From assembly GCA_016287565.1 (NCBI GenBank), contig JAEFAM010000005.1:11229-75228 (forward strand): DNA of 64,000 nucleotides, in the 5' to 3' direction. The position numbers were made by a program, and so were the translations under genes. Under the pieces are notes generated by a model that saw nothing but the letters and a program-made list of their open reading frames with translations, was not told where the DNA came from and searched no databases. Shown here one piece after another: positions 1 to 10,373 of this stretch. Each line of letters opens with the position of its first letter. Positions within the stretch are counted from its first letter, which is position 1. Source of the DNA: Clostridia bacterium. GTDB taxonomy: Bacteria; Bacillota; Clostridia; UBA1212; UBA1255.

Positions 1-91
1 TATACGAAAAGCTGTTTTTATTATATACTATTTAGCGGAATTTTACAAGGCGATTTTCGGCCGGGGAGCCGGAGGCGCCTGAGGAGGTCAT

Positions 92-1300
92 ATGTCCGGA
101 GGTTTTTCTTATAGCGTTTCCGAGCTTAAAAATCTGTTCGAGTCCGTGTTCGGCGGCGGCCGGGAGCTTCGTGTGTTCACCGCTCCGGGGCGGGTCAATC
201 TCATCGGAGAGCATATAGATTATTGCGGCGGCAAGGTGTTTCCCGCGGCGCTGACGCTTTCCAACACCGTGGTGGCGGCGGTCAACGGCACTGACAGGGT
301 CCGGCTGTACGCCACGGATCTTAAGGAGATATTCGAGTTTTCTCTCGGCGATATCGACGGGGCGAAGGGGCTGCGCTGGGGCAAGTACCAGGCGGGCGTC
401 GCCAAAGAACTTAAGGAAGCGGGCTGCAGGCTGAAAGGCGTTGACATGCTGTTCCACAGCACGCTGCCTTTCGGGTCAGGCCTCTCCTCTTCCGCGTCCA
501 TCGAGCTGGCAACCGCGTTGACCCTGCTGAGCTTTTCCGAGAACGCCGAAGAGATGGCCGGGAAGCTGGACAAGGTGCGCCTGGCCGTTCTGGGCCAGAG
601 GGCCGAGAATCTGTTCTGCGGCGTCAATTGCGGCATAATGGACCAGTTCGCTTCCGCGATGGGTAAAAAGGACAACGCCATCCTCCTTGACTGCGCCACC
701 CTCAGCTACGAATACGTCCCCCTGGAGCTGGGCGATTATTCGCTGGTGCTGGCCAACACGTGCAAAAAGCACGCGCTCGGGGCGTCCAAGTACAATGAGC
801 GCCGGGCAGAAGTGGAAAAAGGCCTTAAAATGATGCACGAGGCATTGCCGGAAGCCCGGAAGGCCCATCTGTGCGACTATACGGAAGACGAATTTACAGC
901 CGCCCGCGATCATCTTAAAAGCGATCCGGTGGTTTCGGCCAGAGTCGAGCACGTGATAAGGGAGAACGCAAGAGTTTCCAGAGCCGCGGAAGTGCTTAAA
1001 TCCGGAGATCTGTTCAAATTCGGAACTATTTTAAAAGAGGCCAACGATTCGATCCGCTACCTGTACGAGGTGACGGGCGACGAACTGGACGCCATGTTCG
1101 AAGAAGCCGGTTATTTTGACTGCTGCCTGGGCTCCAGGATGACGGGAGCCGGATTCGGCGGCTGCACCGTGAACATCGTGCTTACGGCAGAAACGGAAAG
1201 ATTCTGCAGCGGCCTTAAAGAGCGCTACGAAAAGCGCACCGGCATCACGCCGGAGTTTTACGTATGCTCCATCGGCGACGGAGTCAGGGAACTCACTTGA
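92..1300 (+). CDS. galK: Galactokinase
   Basis: GRVNLIGEHIDY signature, GHMP motif PFGSGLSSSA, CGIMDQ, GSRMTGAGFGG; GAGGAGG RBS upstream. Confidence 0.97.
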   Translation: MSGGFSYSVSELKNLFESVFGGGRELRVFTAPGRVNLIGEHIDYCGGKVFPAALTLSNTVVAAVNGTDRVRLYATDLKEIFEFSLGDIDGAKGLRWGKYQAGVAKELKEAGCRLKGVDMLFHSTLPFGSGLSSSASIELATALTLLSFSENAEEMAGKLDKVRLAVLGQRAENLFCGVNCGIMDQFASAMGKKDNAILLDCATLSYEYVPLELGDYSLVLANTCKKHALGASKYNERRAEVEKGLKMMHEALPEARKAHLCDYTEDEFTAARDHLKSDPVVSARVEHVIRENARVSRAAEVLKSGDLFKFGTILKEANDSIRYLYEVTGDELDAMFEEAGYFDCCLGSRMTGAGFGGCTVNIVLTAETERFCSGLKERYEKRTGITPEFYVCSIGDGVRELT

Positions 1301-1342
1301 GGAAACTCACTTGAGGAAACTCACTTGATGGCGCTCACTTGA
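1287..1342. repeat. 14-bp tandem repeat x4 at a convergent gene junction
   Basis: GGGAACTCACTTGA / GGAAACTCACTTGA / GGAAACTCACTTGA / TGGCGCTCACTTGA; invariant core CTCACTTGA. Confidence 0.9.
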
Positions 1343-1928
1343 GAGAGTTCGCGTGAGGATATATGGTTCCTTCGGCCAGCTCCAGCGCTTTGCTTTCGCC
1401 GAAAAGTTCGCGCACCAGCGTAAGGCCGAACAGGAACGCGCAGCCTGCGCCCCTGCCGGTGACGAGTTTTCCGTCGGTGACCACGGGATCCTTACTGTAA
1501 TTATAATCAGTCGAGTTTTCGTCAAGGCATCCGGGATATGAGGTCACGTTCCTGCCCCGTATGATCCCCGCCCGTTCCAGAGCCGTGGGAGCGGCGCATA
1601 TGGCGGCAATATATTTCCCTGCCCCGAACGCTTTTTTCAGATATTCCAGCACCCGTACGTCTTCTCTGAGGCTCTTCGAATTGGGGCCTCCTCCCGGCAG
1701 GAACACGCAGTCGCACGCCGCGCCCGGGACCATATCCTCCCACAGCTTGTCCGCGCCCAAACCGATATCGTGGGCGCCTTTGAGAGTCTTCCTGCCGGTC
1801 ATACTTATAACGGTCACTTCGGCTCCGGCTCTTTTTAAAAGATCCACCGGGGCGATCAGCTCAGTCTCCTCGAAACCGTCGTGGACCAGAACGTTGACGC
1901 GTATCTTTTTACCGAACAGCTTTTCCAT
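1335..1928 (-). CDS. DJ-1/PfpI (ThiJ/YajL) family glyoxalase/deglycase
   Basis: GFEETE, LPGG, AICAAP (nucleophilic Cys), TSYP, VTGRG. Confidence 0.92.
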   Translation of the reverse strand: MEKLFGKKIRVNVLVHDGFEETELIAPVDLLKRAGAEVTVISMTGRKTLKGAHDIGLGADKLWEDMVPGAACDCVFLPGGGPNSKSLREDVRVLEYLKKAFGAGKYIAAICAAPTALERAGIIRGRNVTSYPGCLDENSTDYNYSKDPVVTDGKLVTGRGAGCAFLFGLTLVRELFGESKALELAEGTIYPHANSLK

Positions 1929-1937
1929 AATTTCCTC

Positions 1938-3332
1938 CTACGCTTCCGTGCTGCCGATCTCGGACGACAGCTCCAGAATATTGTCCACGAAAACGATCCG
2001 CCCGGGCCGTCCCGAGGAAGTCAGATTCTTTTTGTTGCCCGCGGGCACGTATATCTTCTCGAATCCCAGCCGCACCGCTTCGTTGACCCGCTTCTCTATA
2101 TTGGTGACGGGCCGTATCTCGCCGGTGAGCCCCAGCTCCCCTATATAGACGGCGTCCGACGGCAGCGGTATTCCTCTGAAGGATGACATTATTGCCGCGC
2201 ACACCGCCAGATCGGAGGCAGGTTCGTTAAGCCTGATGCCTCCCACCACGTTGATGAACACGTCGCATTTGCCCAGGGCGTAACCCGCGCGCTTTTCCAG
2301 CACCGCGATCAGCAGGGAGATCCTGTTGTAGTCGAGGCCGGTGCACATTCTTCTGGGCATATTCAGGGAGCTGCCCGTGATCAGGGCCTGTATCTCCAGC
2401 ATCATAGGCCTGCTGCCTTCCATTGCCGCCACCACCGCGGTGCCGCTGACGCCTTTGGGGCGCCCCTCCAGCATTGCATAGGAAGGATTTTCCACTTCGT
2501 GGAGCCCGGTGTCACGCATCTCGAAAACGCCTATTTCGTTGGTGGAGCCGAAACGGTTTTTCACCGCCCTCAGGATGCGGTAGCTCAGGTGCCTCTCCCC
2601 TTCGAAATAGAGCACGGTGTCCACCATATGCTCCAGCACCCTGGGCCCGGCGATGGCTCCGTCTTTAGTAACGTGCCCCACTATGAACACGGTTATGCCC
2701 AGCACTTTGGCGATCCTCATGAATTTACCCGTGATCTCTCGCACCTGGCTCACGCTGCCGGGAGCGGAAGTGAGCTCGGGATCTTCCAGCGTCTGTATGG
2801 AGTCCAGGATGATGTAGGAAGGCTTCACCGCGTCTATCTGAGACACGATGCTGTCCACCGAAGTCTCGTTGTATATAAACAGTTCTCCCCGGTTCACGCC
2901 CAGCCTCTGGGCCCTTAATTTGATCTGGCTCTCGGATTCCTCTCCCGAAACGTACAGCACTCTTCCGGCGGACAACGCCAGATGCCCCGATATCATCAGC
3001 ATCAGCGTGGATTTGCCGATGCCCGGATCTCCGGCCACCAGCACCATTGAACCGCGGACAATTCCGCCGCCCATCACTCTGTCGAGTTCGCTGATCCCGG
3101 ACGAATCCCTGACGCCTTCGCTGTCGCAGCTGATCTCGTCGATCCGTACCGGCTTCGTGTTCTCTCCCAGCCCCATCTGTTTAAGGGGGCCCGAAGACTT
3201 CTTACCGCCGCCCGTTTCCTTAGGCTCTTCCACGAAGGAATTCCATTCGCCGCAGCCCGGGCACCTGCCCAGCCAGCCGCTGGATTCGTATCCGCATTGA
3301 GTGCAATAAAAAACCGTTTTCTTAGAAGCCAT
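1938..3332 (-). CDS. radA: DNA repair protein RadA/Sms
   Basis: N-terminal CxxC..CxxC Zn finger, GDPGIGKST, KNRFG motif, Lon-like C-terminal domain. Confidence 0.97.
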   Translation of the reverse strand: MASKKTVFYCTQCGYESSGWLGRCPGCGEWNSFVEEPKETGGGKKSSGPLKQMGLGENTKPVRIDEISCDSEGVRDSSGISELDRVMGGGIVRGSMVLVAGDPGIGKSTLMLMISGHLALSAGRVLYVSGEESESQIKLRAQRLGVNRGELFIYNETSVDSIVSQIDAVKPSYIILDSIQTLEDPELTSAPGSVSQVREITGKFMRIAKVLGITVFIVGHVTKDGAIAGPRVLEHMVDTVLYFEGERHLSYRILRAVKNRFGSTNEIGVFEMRDTGLHEVENPSYAMLEGRPKGVSGTAVVAAMEGSRPMMLEIQALITGSSLNMPRRMCTGLDYNRISLLIAVLEKRAGYALGKCDVFINVVGGIRLNEPASDLAVCAAIMSSFRGIPLPSDAVYIGELGLTGEIRPVTNIEKRVNEAVRLGFEKIYVPAGNKKNLTSSGRPGRIVFVDNILELSSEIGSTEA

Positions 3333-3334
3333 TT

Positions 3335-6157
3335 TCAGATCTCCCCGGCCGCACTGCCGTTGACCGTCCTCTTAAACACCAGCCCCGTGCCGTCTTCCGA
3401 CAAGGCCACCGTAATGCCGGCCCTGTAATTGACGCCGTTCTCTCCGTCTTTATCCGGATCTGCAGCGGTGTTGACGCCCGATGCTCCTTCGGCGTTTTCG
3501 CAGGGGCTTTCCGGCAATATCAGCCTCAATATCTCTTCGGACAGCGCGTCCTCGATCTCGCGCCTGATGACTCTCTTAAGCGGCCTGGCGCCAAATTTCC
3601 TGTCGTACCCTTTCCTCGCCAGATACCCGGCAACTTCCGGCTCGAAAACGATATCGATGCCGTTCTCTCTGCCGCGGCTGCTGAGTATCTTGAGCTGCAG
3701 TTCGGCGATCTTCACAGTCTCCTCAGGCGTTAGCGGCCTGAATATGACGGTCTCGTCCACGCGGTTCAGGAATTCCGGCTTGAACACGCGCTTGAGCTCC
3801 GCTTTGACCGCCTCGGCCATGGTCTCGTAGCCGCTCTCTTCCGTCTCGATGCCGAAGCCCAGGAAGCGCCTGTCCGTGATGTCCTTGGCGCCCACGTTTG
3901 ACGTCATTATTATGACCGTGTTCTTGAAATCCGCGGTCCTGCCCTTGGCATCGGTCAATATTCCGTCTTCCAGCACCTGGAGCAGTATATTGAACACGTC
4001 CGGATGGGCTTTTTCTATCTCGTCGAACAGCACCACACTGTAGGGCTGGGTCCTCACCCGTTCGGTGAGCTGGCCGCCGTCCTCGAATCCCACGTATCCC
4101 GGAGGGGAACCGATCATTTTGGAAACGCTGTGGGGCTCCATATATTCGGACATGTCCAGCCTGATCATGCTCTTTTCGGTGCCGAAAAGGTTTTCCGCCA
4201 GCGCCCTCGCCAGTTCGGTCTTGCCCACGCCGGTGGGCCCCAGGAACAGGAACGATCCTATAGGCCTGCCGGGATCTTTCATTCCGGCCCGGCCTCTTCT
4301 CACGGCCTTGGACACTAAGGACACCGCTTCGTCCTGCCCCACGAGCCTCACGTGGATGGCCTTTTCGAGTTCCAGCAGTTTTCTGGTATCGTCCTCTCCC
4401 AGTTTCGCCACGGGGACTCCGCTGAGCTGGGAAATGACCTGACGGATGATGCCGGCATCGACGGTGGAAACGTCTTCTCTTTCTTTCTCTATAAAGGCGG
4501 CCTTCAGCGCTTCCAGCCTGTCGGCGAGCACCTTTTCTTCATTGTCCAGTTCCGCGGCCCTGGCGGTGTCTCCCGCCTTTATCGCTTCGATCTTTTCTTT
4601 ATATTTGGCCTTTATCTGAGCTTTCAGACTGCTTCCGCGCCCGTCGGTCAACGGCGCTCCGGCCTTCCCGCCTGCTTCGTCCGGCCCGCCGCTTTCGGTC
4701 TTTCCGGAGCCGCTCCGGTCAATACCTTTTCCCAGCCTGGCCAGGGTGGCGGCTTCGTCGATCACGTCGATGGCTTTCTCGGGCAGATACCTGTCGCTGA
4801 TAAATCTGGCGCTGAGCCTCACGGCCTCCCTCAAAGCCACCGGATCGAAGCGCACTCCGTGGAACGACTCGAACCCCGGCGAGAGCGCGGCGATCATCCT
4901 GAGCGCGTCCTCCTCTCCCGGCTCCTTCACCTGGATCGGCTCCAGCAGCCTTGAAAGTGCGTTGTTCTTCTCGAATATTCTTCGGTAATCCTGGGTGGAA
5001 GTGGCTCCGATGATCCGCACGCCGGTCTGCGAAAGGGCCGATTTCAGCATTGCCGACGGATCGCCTCCCTCGGCGGAACCGTACGACAGCACGTGAATGT
5101 CATCGATGAACAGTACGGTGTTCTTGTCCGCGGCGGCCTCCTCGATTATCATCTGCATCCGCTCTTCGAAGTCTCCCCTGTACCTGGTGCCCGCCAGCAG
5201 CGACACAGTATCGATCCTGATGAGCCTGAGATTCCTGGCTATATCCGGAGCGGCGCCTTCCGCTATCATGGCGGCCAGCCCCTCGGCCACCGCCGTCTTG
5301 CCAACGCCCGTCTCTCCGATCAGGCAGGGGCAGTTCCTGGTTTTCCTGAAAAGGACGCGTATCATCCTCTCGATCACGTCGTTTCTGGCAGCCACGGGGC
5401 TGTATCTTCCTTCCCGGGCCTCTTTTACCATGTCGCGGCCGAAATATGAAAGAGGATCGGCCTGCTGAACGTTCTCTCTGTAGCCGCCCTTGCCGTCGTC
5501 CTGCTGCCTCATGAACAGTTCCCGGAACGCCTGGGAAGTGGCCGCCTGCTCGTCTTCGTCGGGAAGCTCCACGCCGTCCATCTGGAACATCATCTTTTTC
5601 TTCATCAGCTCGTTGGTGTTGAGGAGCTGGGTGACCTCGGTGGCGAAGGCCCTGTCGTCCACGCCCAGGTCTCCGATTATATGGAGCGCGAAGGAGTCGA
5701 TGGTCAGCAGCTGCATCAGCAGATGGAGCGTACCGATCATTGCCCGCCTGTCTCCCTGCGTGCGCTGGACCGCCCCTTCGTAGCTGCCTTTTATGGCTCT
5801 GAAAGCGCCGTAGCTGTAGCCGAGCGCCCCGGACCCGGGATCCGCGTTGACGCCGTATCGTTCTTCAGCCTCGCCGTCTTCTGTGGGGATGAATTCGTCC
5901 TGCCCCCTTTTAGGCCTTTTTCCTGACTTGTATATGATATCGAAGATCTCTTCGCGCTTAATGCCGTAATCGTTCATTATGCCGGAAGCGGTGCCGCTCC
6001 CAAGCCGGGCAAGGCCCCAGAGCAGGTGGCCGGTATTGACCGTTTCCGAACCGAGAAAGACGCACAGGTTTTCAGCCGCGGCAATGGCGGCCAGGGCGTT
6101 TTCCGTAAAATTCTCTCTGTGTTCGTTTATGAACCGGCAGGCAAACGTTCTTTTCAT
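3335..6157 (-). CDS. clpC: ClpC-like ATP-dependent Clp protease ATPase subunit (first AAA module degenerate)
   Basis: Clp N-domain repeats (TGHLLWGL, IGTLHLL), [42 protein letters not shown] ClpP loop; directly upstream of radA. Confidence 0.88.
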   Translation of the reverse strand: MKRTFACRFINEHRENFTENALAAIAAAENLCVFLGSETVNTGHLLWGLARLGSGTASGIMNDYGIKREEIFDIIYKSGKRPKRGQDEFIPTEDGEAEERYGVNADPGSGALGYSYGAFRAIKGSYEGAVQRTQGDRRAMIGTLHLLMQLLTIDSFALHIIGDLGVDDRAFATEVTQLLNTNELMKKKMMFQMDGVELPDEDEQAATSQAFRELFMRQQDDGKGGYRENVQQADPLSYFGRDMVKEAREGRYSPVAARNDVIERMIRVLFRKTRNCPCLIGETGVGKTAVAEGLAAMIAEGAAPDIARNLRLIRIDTVSLLAGTRYRGDFEERMQMIIEEAAADKNTVLFIDDIHVLSYGSAEGGDPSAMLKSALSQTGVRIIGATSTQDYRRIFEKNNALSRLLEPIQVKEPGEEDALRMIAALSPGFESFHGVRFDPVALREAVRLSARFISDRYLPEKAIDVIDEAATLARLGKGIDRSGSGKTESGGPDEAGGKAGAPLTDGRGSSLKAQIKAKYKEKIEAIKAGDTARAAELDNEEKVLADRLEALKAAFIEKEREDVSTVDAGIIRQVISQLSGVPVAKLGEDDTRKLLELEKAIHVRLVGQDEAVSLVSKAVRRGRAGMKDPGRPIGSFLFLGPTGVGKTELARALAENLFGTEKSMIRLDMSEYMEPHSVSKMIGSPPGYVGFEDGGQLTERVRTQPYSVVLFDEIEKAHPDVFNILLQVLEDGILTDAKGRTADFKNTVIIMTSNVGAKDITDRRFLGFGIETEESGYETMAEAVKAELKRVFKPEFLNRVDETVIFRPLTPEETVKIAELQLKILSSRGRENGIDIVFEPEVAGYLARKGYDRKFGARPLKRVIRREIEDALSEEILRLILPESPCENAEGASGVNTAADPDKDGENGVNYRAGITVALSEDGTGLVFKRTVNGSAAGEI

Positions 6158-6172
6158 TCTGGAATTCCTCCG

Positions 6173-6925
6173 TCAATCTTCAAAAAAGCACCTTATCCCC
6201 GACAGCGCGGCCATTCCCGCCGTCTCGGTCCTGAGTATCCTTCTTCCCAGCGAGAAAGCTCTGAAGCCGCAGCCGCGCGCGAATTCCGCCTCCGCGAGGC
6301 TGAATCCTCCTTCGGGCCCGATCACTACCGAAACAGCTCCCCTGAAGTTTTCTCCCAGCTCCGTCAATATCTTTTTCAAAGACGTTTCTTCTTCGTTTTC
6401 GTACGCGAAAAGTTTTACCTCTTCTTCCGGGCGGTTTTCGAGGGCGGCCTTCAGGCTAACGGGTGAAGCCACCCTGGGCACGATGCCTCTGCCGCACTGT
6501 TTCGAAGCTTCTTCGGCGATCTTCTGCCACCTGGCCTGCTTCTTATTTCCTTCGGACTCGTTCAGCCGCACCACCGTATGTTCGGTCATGGCAGGGATTA
6601 TCTCGCAGGCGCCCAGCTCCACCGCTTTCTGGATGATCAGCTCCATTTTATCGCCTTTGGGGACTCCCTGTATGAGCGTCACCCTCACGTCCGGCTCCGT
6701 GGTGTTTTTAGATACGGACAGCACCTCTGCCCTCACGCAGGAGGAGTCGAAGCTCTCTATCCCGGCTTCGAATTCCCTGCCGTCGGTGGCGCAGAGATGC
6801 AAAACGTCCCCTTTTTTCATACGGAGGACGTTAACGATATGGTTGACGTCGCCTCCCCGTATCTCTATAAGTTTGTCCGCCTCGGCCTTCGCGGCCTGAT
6901 CCGCGTCGATAAAAAACTTTCTCAT
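6173..6925 (-). CDS. rsmE: 16S rRNA m3U1498 methyltransferase
   Basis: HIVNVLR, QKAVELG, EASKQCGR, IGPEGGFS, LGRRILRTETA. Confidence 0.96.
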   Translation of the reverse strand: MRKFFIDADQAAKAEADKLIEIRGGDVNHIVNVLRMKKGDVLHLCATDGREFEAGIESFDSSCVRAEVLSVSKNTTEPDVRVTLIQGVPKGDKMELIIQKAVELGACEIIPAMTEHTVVRLNESEGNKKQARWQKIAEEASKQCGRGIVPRVASPVSLKAALENRPEEEVKLFAYENEEETSLKKILTELGENFRGAVSVVIGPEGGFSLAEAEFARGCGFRAFSLGRRILRTETAGMAALSGIRCFFED

Positions 6926-6959
6926 TATCCCTTCTCGCGGCCTTTCCGCTTCCGCCCGG

Positions 6960-7961
6960 TCAACAGGTCACCGCCAGCTCCAGCGCCAGCGATTCGTCTA
7001 TATCTCCCACTTTTATGGCCTGATCCAGTTCCATTATATCCTTCAGCTTTTTCCTGAGCTCCGCTTCGGTAAACCGCCTGCACTGCTCGCACTGCTTCCT
7101 TACGGGATACGGTTTCTGGCCCGTGGCGGCGCCGATCTCGCTCTCCCGCATCCCTTCTGCGAGCATCGTTTTAACGCCCAGAAGGTTTTCCCAGTTCCGG
7201 CCCAGCATGGTAAGTATGCCAAGGGCGGAGGACTTGTCCTTCCTGGCCCCGTCAGTCAGCGCGTGGAGCAACTTGAGAGCGGTCCCCGTGTCGCCTCTGG
7301 ACACGGCGTCCGTCAGATCGAATATGCGCGCGTTCAGCGACAGTTCGCACACGCTGCGGACGTGTTTTTTTTCTATTTTTCCGCCTTCCGGCACGGTCAA
7401 TATCAACTTTTCCAGCTCGTTTTTCAGGCTGACGATGTCGTTGCCCACGCCGCCAACCAGCAGATCCGCCGCGTCCGGCGTCAATATCCTCCCCGCCCTT
7501 GCCGCGTCTGAGGTCAACAGCTTTTTGACCGCCGTCTCGTCCTGCCTGGCGCATTCGAACACCACGCCCATCTTTAAAAACGCCTTGAATGCCGCGGACC
7601 GCCTGTCCACTTCGGCCTCTGAAAATACCACCGCGGTGCCTCCGAAGGCAGCGCCTTCCAGAAAAGATATGTCCGAAGCTTTCTTGAACAGCCCGCTGTC
7701 CCTGATTACGATGAGCTTTTTCTCTCCGAACAGGGATATGCCTTCGATCTCTTCTCTTATCTCTTCCGAATCGAACTCGCCGGTATATGTGATGACGTTT
7801 ATGCTGTCGTCAGCCAGCAGGTTTTTAAGCCTTCCGAGGTACAGTTCTTTTAAGTACAGTTCCTCCCCGAAAAGCAGGTAGCATCCGGAAAGCTTCCCGG
7901 AAGCGATATGGGCTTTCATCTCCTGAGCGGTCTTGATTTCTCCGGTCAAACAGTCTGCCAT
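6960..7961 (-). CDS. holA: DNA polymerase III delta subunit
   Basis: YLLFGEE, SLFGEKKL, NELEKL, IFDLTDA, DQAIKVG; conserved comEC-holA adjacency. Confidence 0.92.
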   Translation of the reverse strand: MADCLTGEIKTAQEMKAHIASGKLSGCYLLFGEELYLKELYLGRLKNLLADDSINVITYTGEFDSEEIREEIEGISLFGEKKLIVIRDSGLFKKASDISFLEGAAFGGTAVVFSEAEVDRRSAAFKAFLKMGVVFECARQDETAVKKLLTSDAARAGRILTPDAADLLVGGVGNDIVSLKNELEKLILTVPEGGKIEKKHVRSVCELSLNARIFDLTDAVSRGDTGTALKLLHALTDGARKDKSSALGILTMLGRNWENLLGVKTMLAEGMRESEIGAATGQKPYPVRKQCEQCRRFTEAELRKKLKDIMELDQAIKVGDIDESLALELAVTC

Positions 7962-10273
7962 ATTTTTATTCTCTTTCTCCTGAATAGCCCGGGCCTTCCT
8001 ATCCTTACGCAGATGCCTCCGCCTTCATCGGTGCGGTAGACCTCGGCGCCGCACTCTTTCAGCCTTTCCAGCGTCTCCGGCGAAGGGTGCCCGTAACCGT
8101 TGTTGCGTCCGACACTGATTATAGCATATTCCGGTGAAGTTAGCGACAGCAAATTTACGCCGCTGCCGGAGGCGGAGCCGTGATGCGGAACCACCAGCAC
8201 GTCCACGTCTTTAAGAGCTCCCGAGCGGCACAGCGCCTCTTCTCCTTCCCTCTGAAGATCCCCGGTGACGGTGAGGCTGCCGAATGCACATGAAAACGTC
8301 ACGCAAAGAGACGCGTTGTTCTCGTCGGCGTCGCTCCTGCCTCCGAAAAAAGGATCCGATACGGCAAAAGTCATCGTCACCCGGCCCAGCGCCGCCCCGT
8401 CGCCTCCGTCGACATTGACCACCTCCCAGCCCGCTGCCTTTGCCCTTTCTCCCGCCTCTCTCAATCCGGAACTCGAGTCCCGGCTTATATAGAGCTGCGC
8501 CGGAGGGAACGCTTCCAGTAAATCGTCGAGGCCTCCCGTGTGATCCGAATGGCCGTGCGTCAACACCACGAAGTCCAGCCGGTCCGCCCCCTGGGCCTCC
8601 GCCACCTCCCCTATATCCGTAATGCCGCCTCCGGTGTCGATGAGCCCCGCGTATCCGTCCGCTTTTACGAGCATGGCGCTTCCCTGCCCCACGTCGATCA
8701 CCAGCGCTTCTATCAAAGGCTTCTCCACCAGGGCGACGGTCACCGAAGCTACCACTGCGGCAGCACCCAGGGCGGCAATTATCCTGTGCCTCCTCCGGCC
8801 GTTTTCCCGGCTCCTGGCCCTTACGATCCGTTCCCTTATCTTCTCCCTCAAAGGCGACAGCAGCACGGCAGCCAAAGCGCAGGCTGCAAACACTATCCAC
8901 CTGAAAGAAGCCGGCACGCTGACGTACCCGAAAGGCGCAGGCAGCCTGCTCCCCGCAAGCGCCAAAAGGTTCAGCGCCGCGCATATACCCTTCAGCAAAT
9001 ATCCGATCACCCAGGCCAGAGGCCTCAAAATAAACAGAGGGTGCAGCGCCCCGCAGACCGTCAGCAGGTATCCCAGCAGGCATACCGCCGCGGCCAGAGG
9101 CGAAGCGTATACGGTGGTCAGGAGCCCAGCTGCCGAAAAGCCTCCGTAAAGGTACACCGACAACGGCAGCAGCGCCAGGTTCACGCTTATTCCCGCCGCC
9201 AGCGACCTCAGGTTTATAAGAGACAGCTTCTTTACGTCCTTTCTCTCTTTATATCTCAAAGACAGAAACAGTTCCGTCACCGACGGGGCAATAAACACCA
9301 GCCCCGCCACCGCCGCGTAGCTCATCAGGAATCCCGCGCTGAACACGGCATATGGGTTAATGAATATCTGCGCCGCCGCGGACAAAAACAGCGCGTTCAG
9401 CCTGTCGTAGGGCCTTGACAATACAGCGCAAACGTACCCGAATACCGCCGCGGCCGAAGCCCTGATAACGGAATATGAAAAATCGGCGATCAGCAAAAAA
9501 GCCGCCAGCGGGAATATCAGCAATATCTGCCTCAGCCTGAAGCCGGTCTTTCTGTTCTTCACCAGGGCCCTGAAAGGCAGCAATATAAAAGTCACGTGCA
9601 TGCCTGAAACGGCCATCAGGTGAGAGATGCCTCCGGTCCTGAAAACGTTTTTGACCTCCCCGTCCAGAGAGCCGGTGTCGCCGGTCATTATTGCCCCAAC
9701 CACCTCCGCCGGTCCCTCTCCCAGGCAGTTTCTCAATATCCGTCCGGTGTGGTACCTGACGAAGGCCCCGGGCAGGTGCAGGACGCCGGGAAAAGCGTTG
9801 TCCCGGTCCACCGGCGTCTTCTCTATGCCGTCTGAAAATATCTTCAAACAGTACGTTACGCCCCTGGAAAGCAGATATCTCCTGTAATTAAAAACGCCCG
9901 GATTCCGGGGCGGTTCGGCCTCGTAAATGTAATAATGGGTCACGTTCACGAACGCCCCCGCTTCTATTTCCGAAAGCTGCTCCGGCTCCAGCCCCGAAAC
10001 GTCCGCCAGCGCCTTGAAGCCGCTGTTCACGAAGACCATCTTGTCTTCTCCGTTCCAGGTGGATCTGTATATAAAACCGCTGAGGCTGCCGGCGCGCTTG
10101 AGCCCCGAAAGCTTCGCCTGGTCCATCCGTCCCAGCCCCGTAAAATGCACTCTGAAACCGCCCAGGGCAATGGCCGAGAGCAGCAGGATCAGGCAGAATC
10201 TTCCCCGGAGAGAAAACCGCTGCCGCCTCGAAGGCGCGCTCCCCGGAAGGGCAAAAAAAGAGTTCCCGCTCAT
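7946..10273 (-). CDS. comEC: DNA internalization competence protein ComEC/Rec2
   Basis: RNPGVFNY, GISHLMAVSGMH competence domain, many TM segments, C-terminal MBL domain (DVGQG, THGHSDH, HHGS, YGHP). Confidence 0.93.
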   Translation of the reverse strand: MSGNSFFALPGSAPSRRQRFSLRGRFCLILLLSAIALGGFRVHFTGLGRMDQAKLSGLKRAGSLSGFIYRSTWNGEDKMVFVNSGFKALADVSGLEPEQLSEIEAGAFVNVTHYYIYEAEPPRNPGVFNYRRYLLSRGVTYCLKIFSDGIEKTPVDRDNAFPGVLHLPGAFVRYHTGRILRNCLGEGPAEVVGAIMTGDTGSLDGEVKNVFRTGGISHLMAVSGMHVTFILLPFRALVKNRKTGFRLRQILLIFPLAAFLLIADFSYSVIRASAAAVFGYVCAVLSRPYDRLNALFLSAAAQIFINPYAVFSAGFLMSYAAVAGLVFIAPSVTELFLSLRYKERKDVKKLSLINLRSLAAGISVNLALLPLSVYLYGGFSAAGLLTTVYASPLAAAVCLLGYLLTVCGALHPLFILRPLAWVIGYLLKGICAALNLLALAGSRLPAPFGYVSVPASFRWIVFAACALAAVLLSPLREKIRERIVRARSRENGRRRHRIIAALGAAAVVASVTVALVEKPLIEALVIDVGQGSAMLVKADGYAGLIDTGGGITDIGEVAEAQGADRLDFVVLTHGHSDHTGGLDDLLEAFPPAQLYISRDSSSGLREAGERAKAAGWEVVNVDGGDGAALGRVTMTFAVSDPFFGGRSDADENNASLCVTFSCAFGSLTVTGDLQREGEEALCRSGALKDVDVLVVPHHGSASGSGVNLLSLTSPEYAIISVGRNNGYGHPSPETLERLKECGAEVYRTDEGGGICVRIGRPGLFRRKRIKIWQTV

Positions 10274-10373
10274 ATCTCCTCCGCGTTTCCAGCCGCTCGT
10301 ATGCGGCCGGCGCTGTCAAAGGAAGCGGAAACTGCCTTTATCTTTATTACCGCGGCGCTCCCCGTCCGGTACG

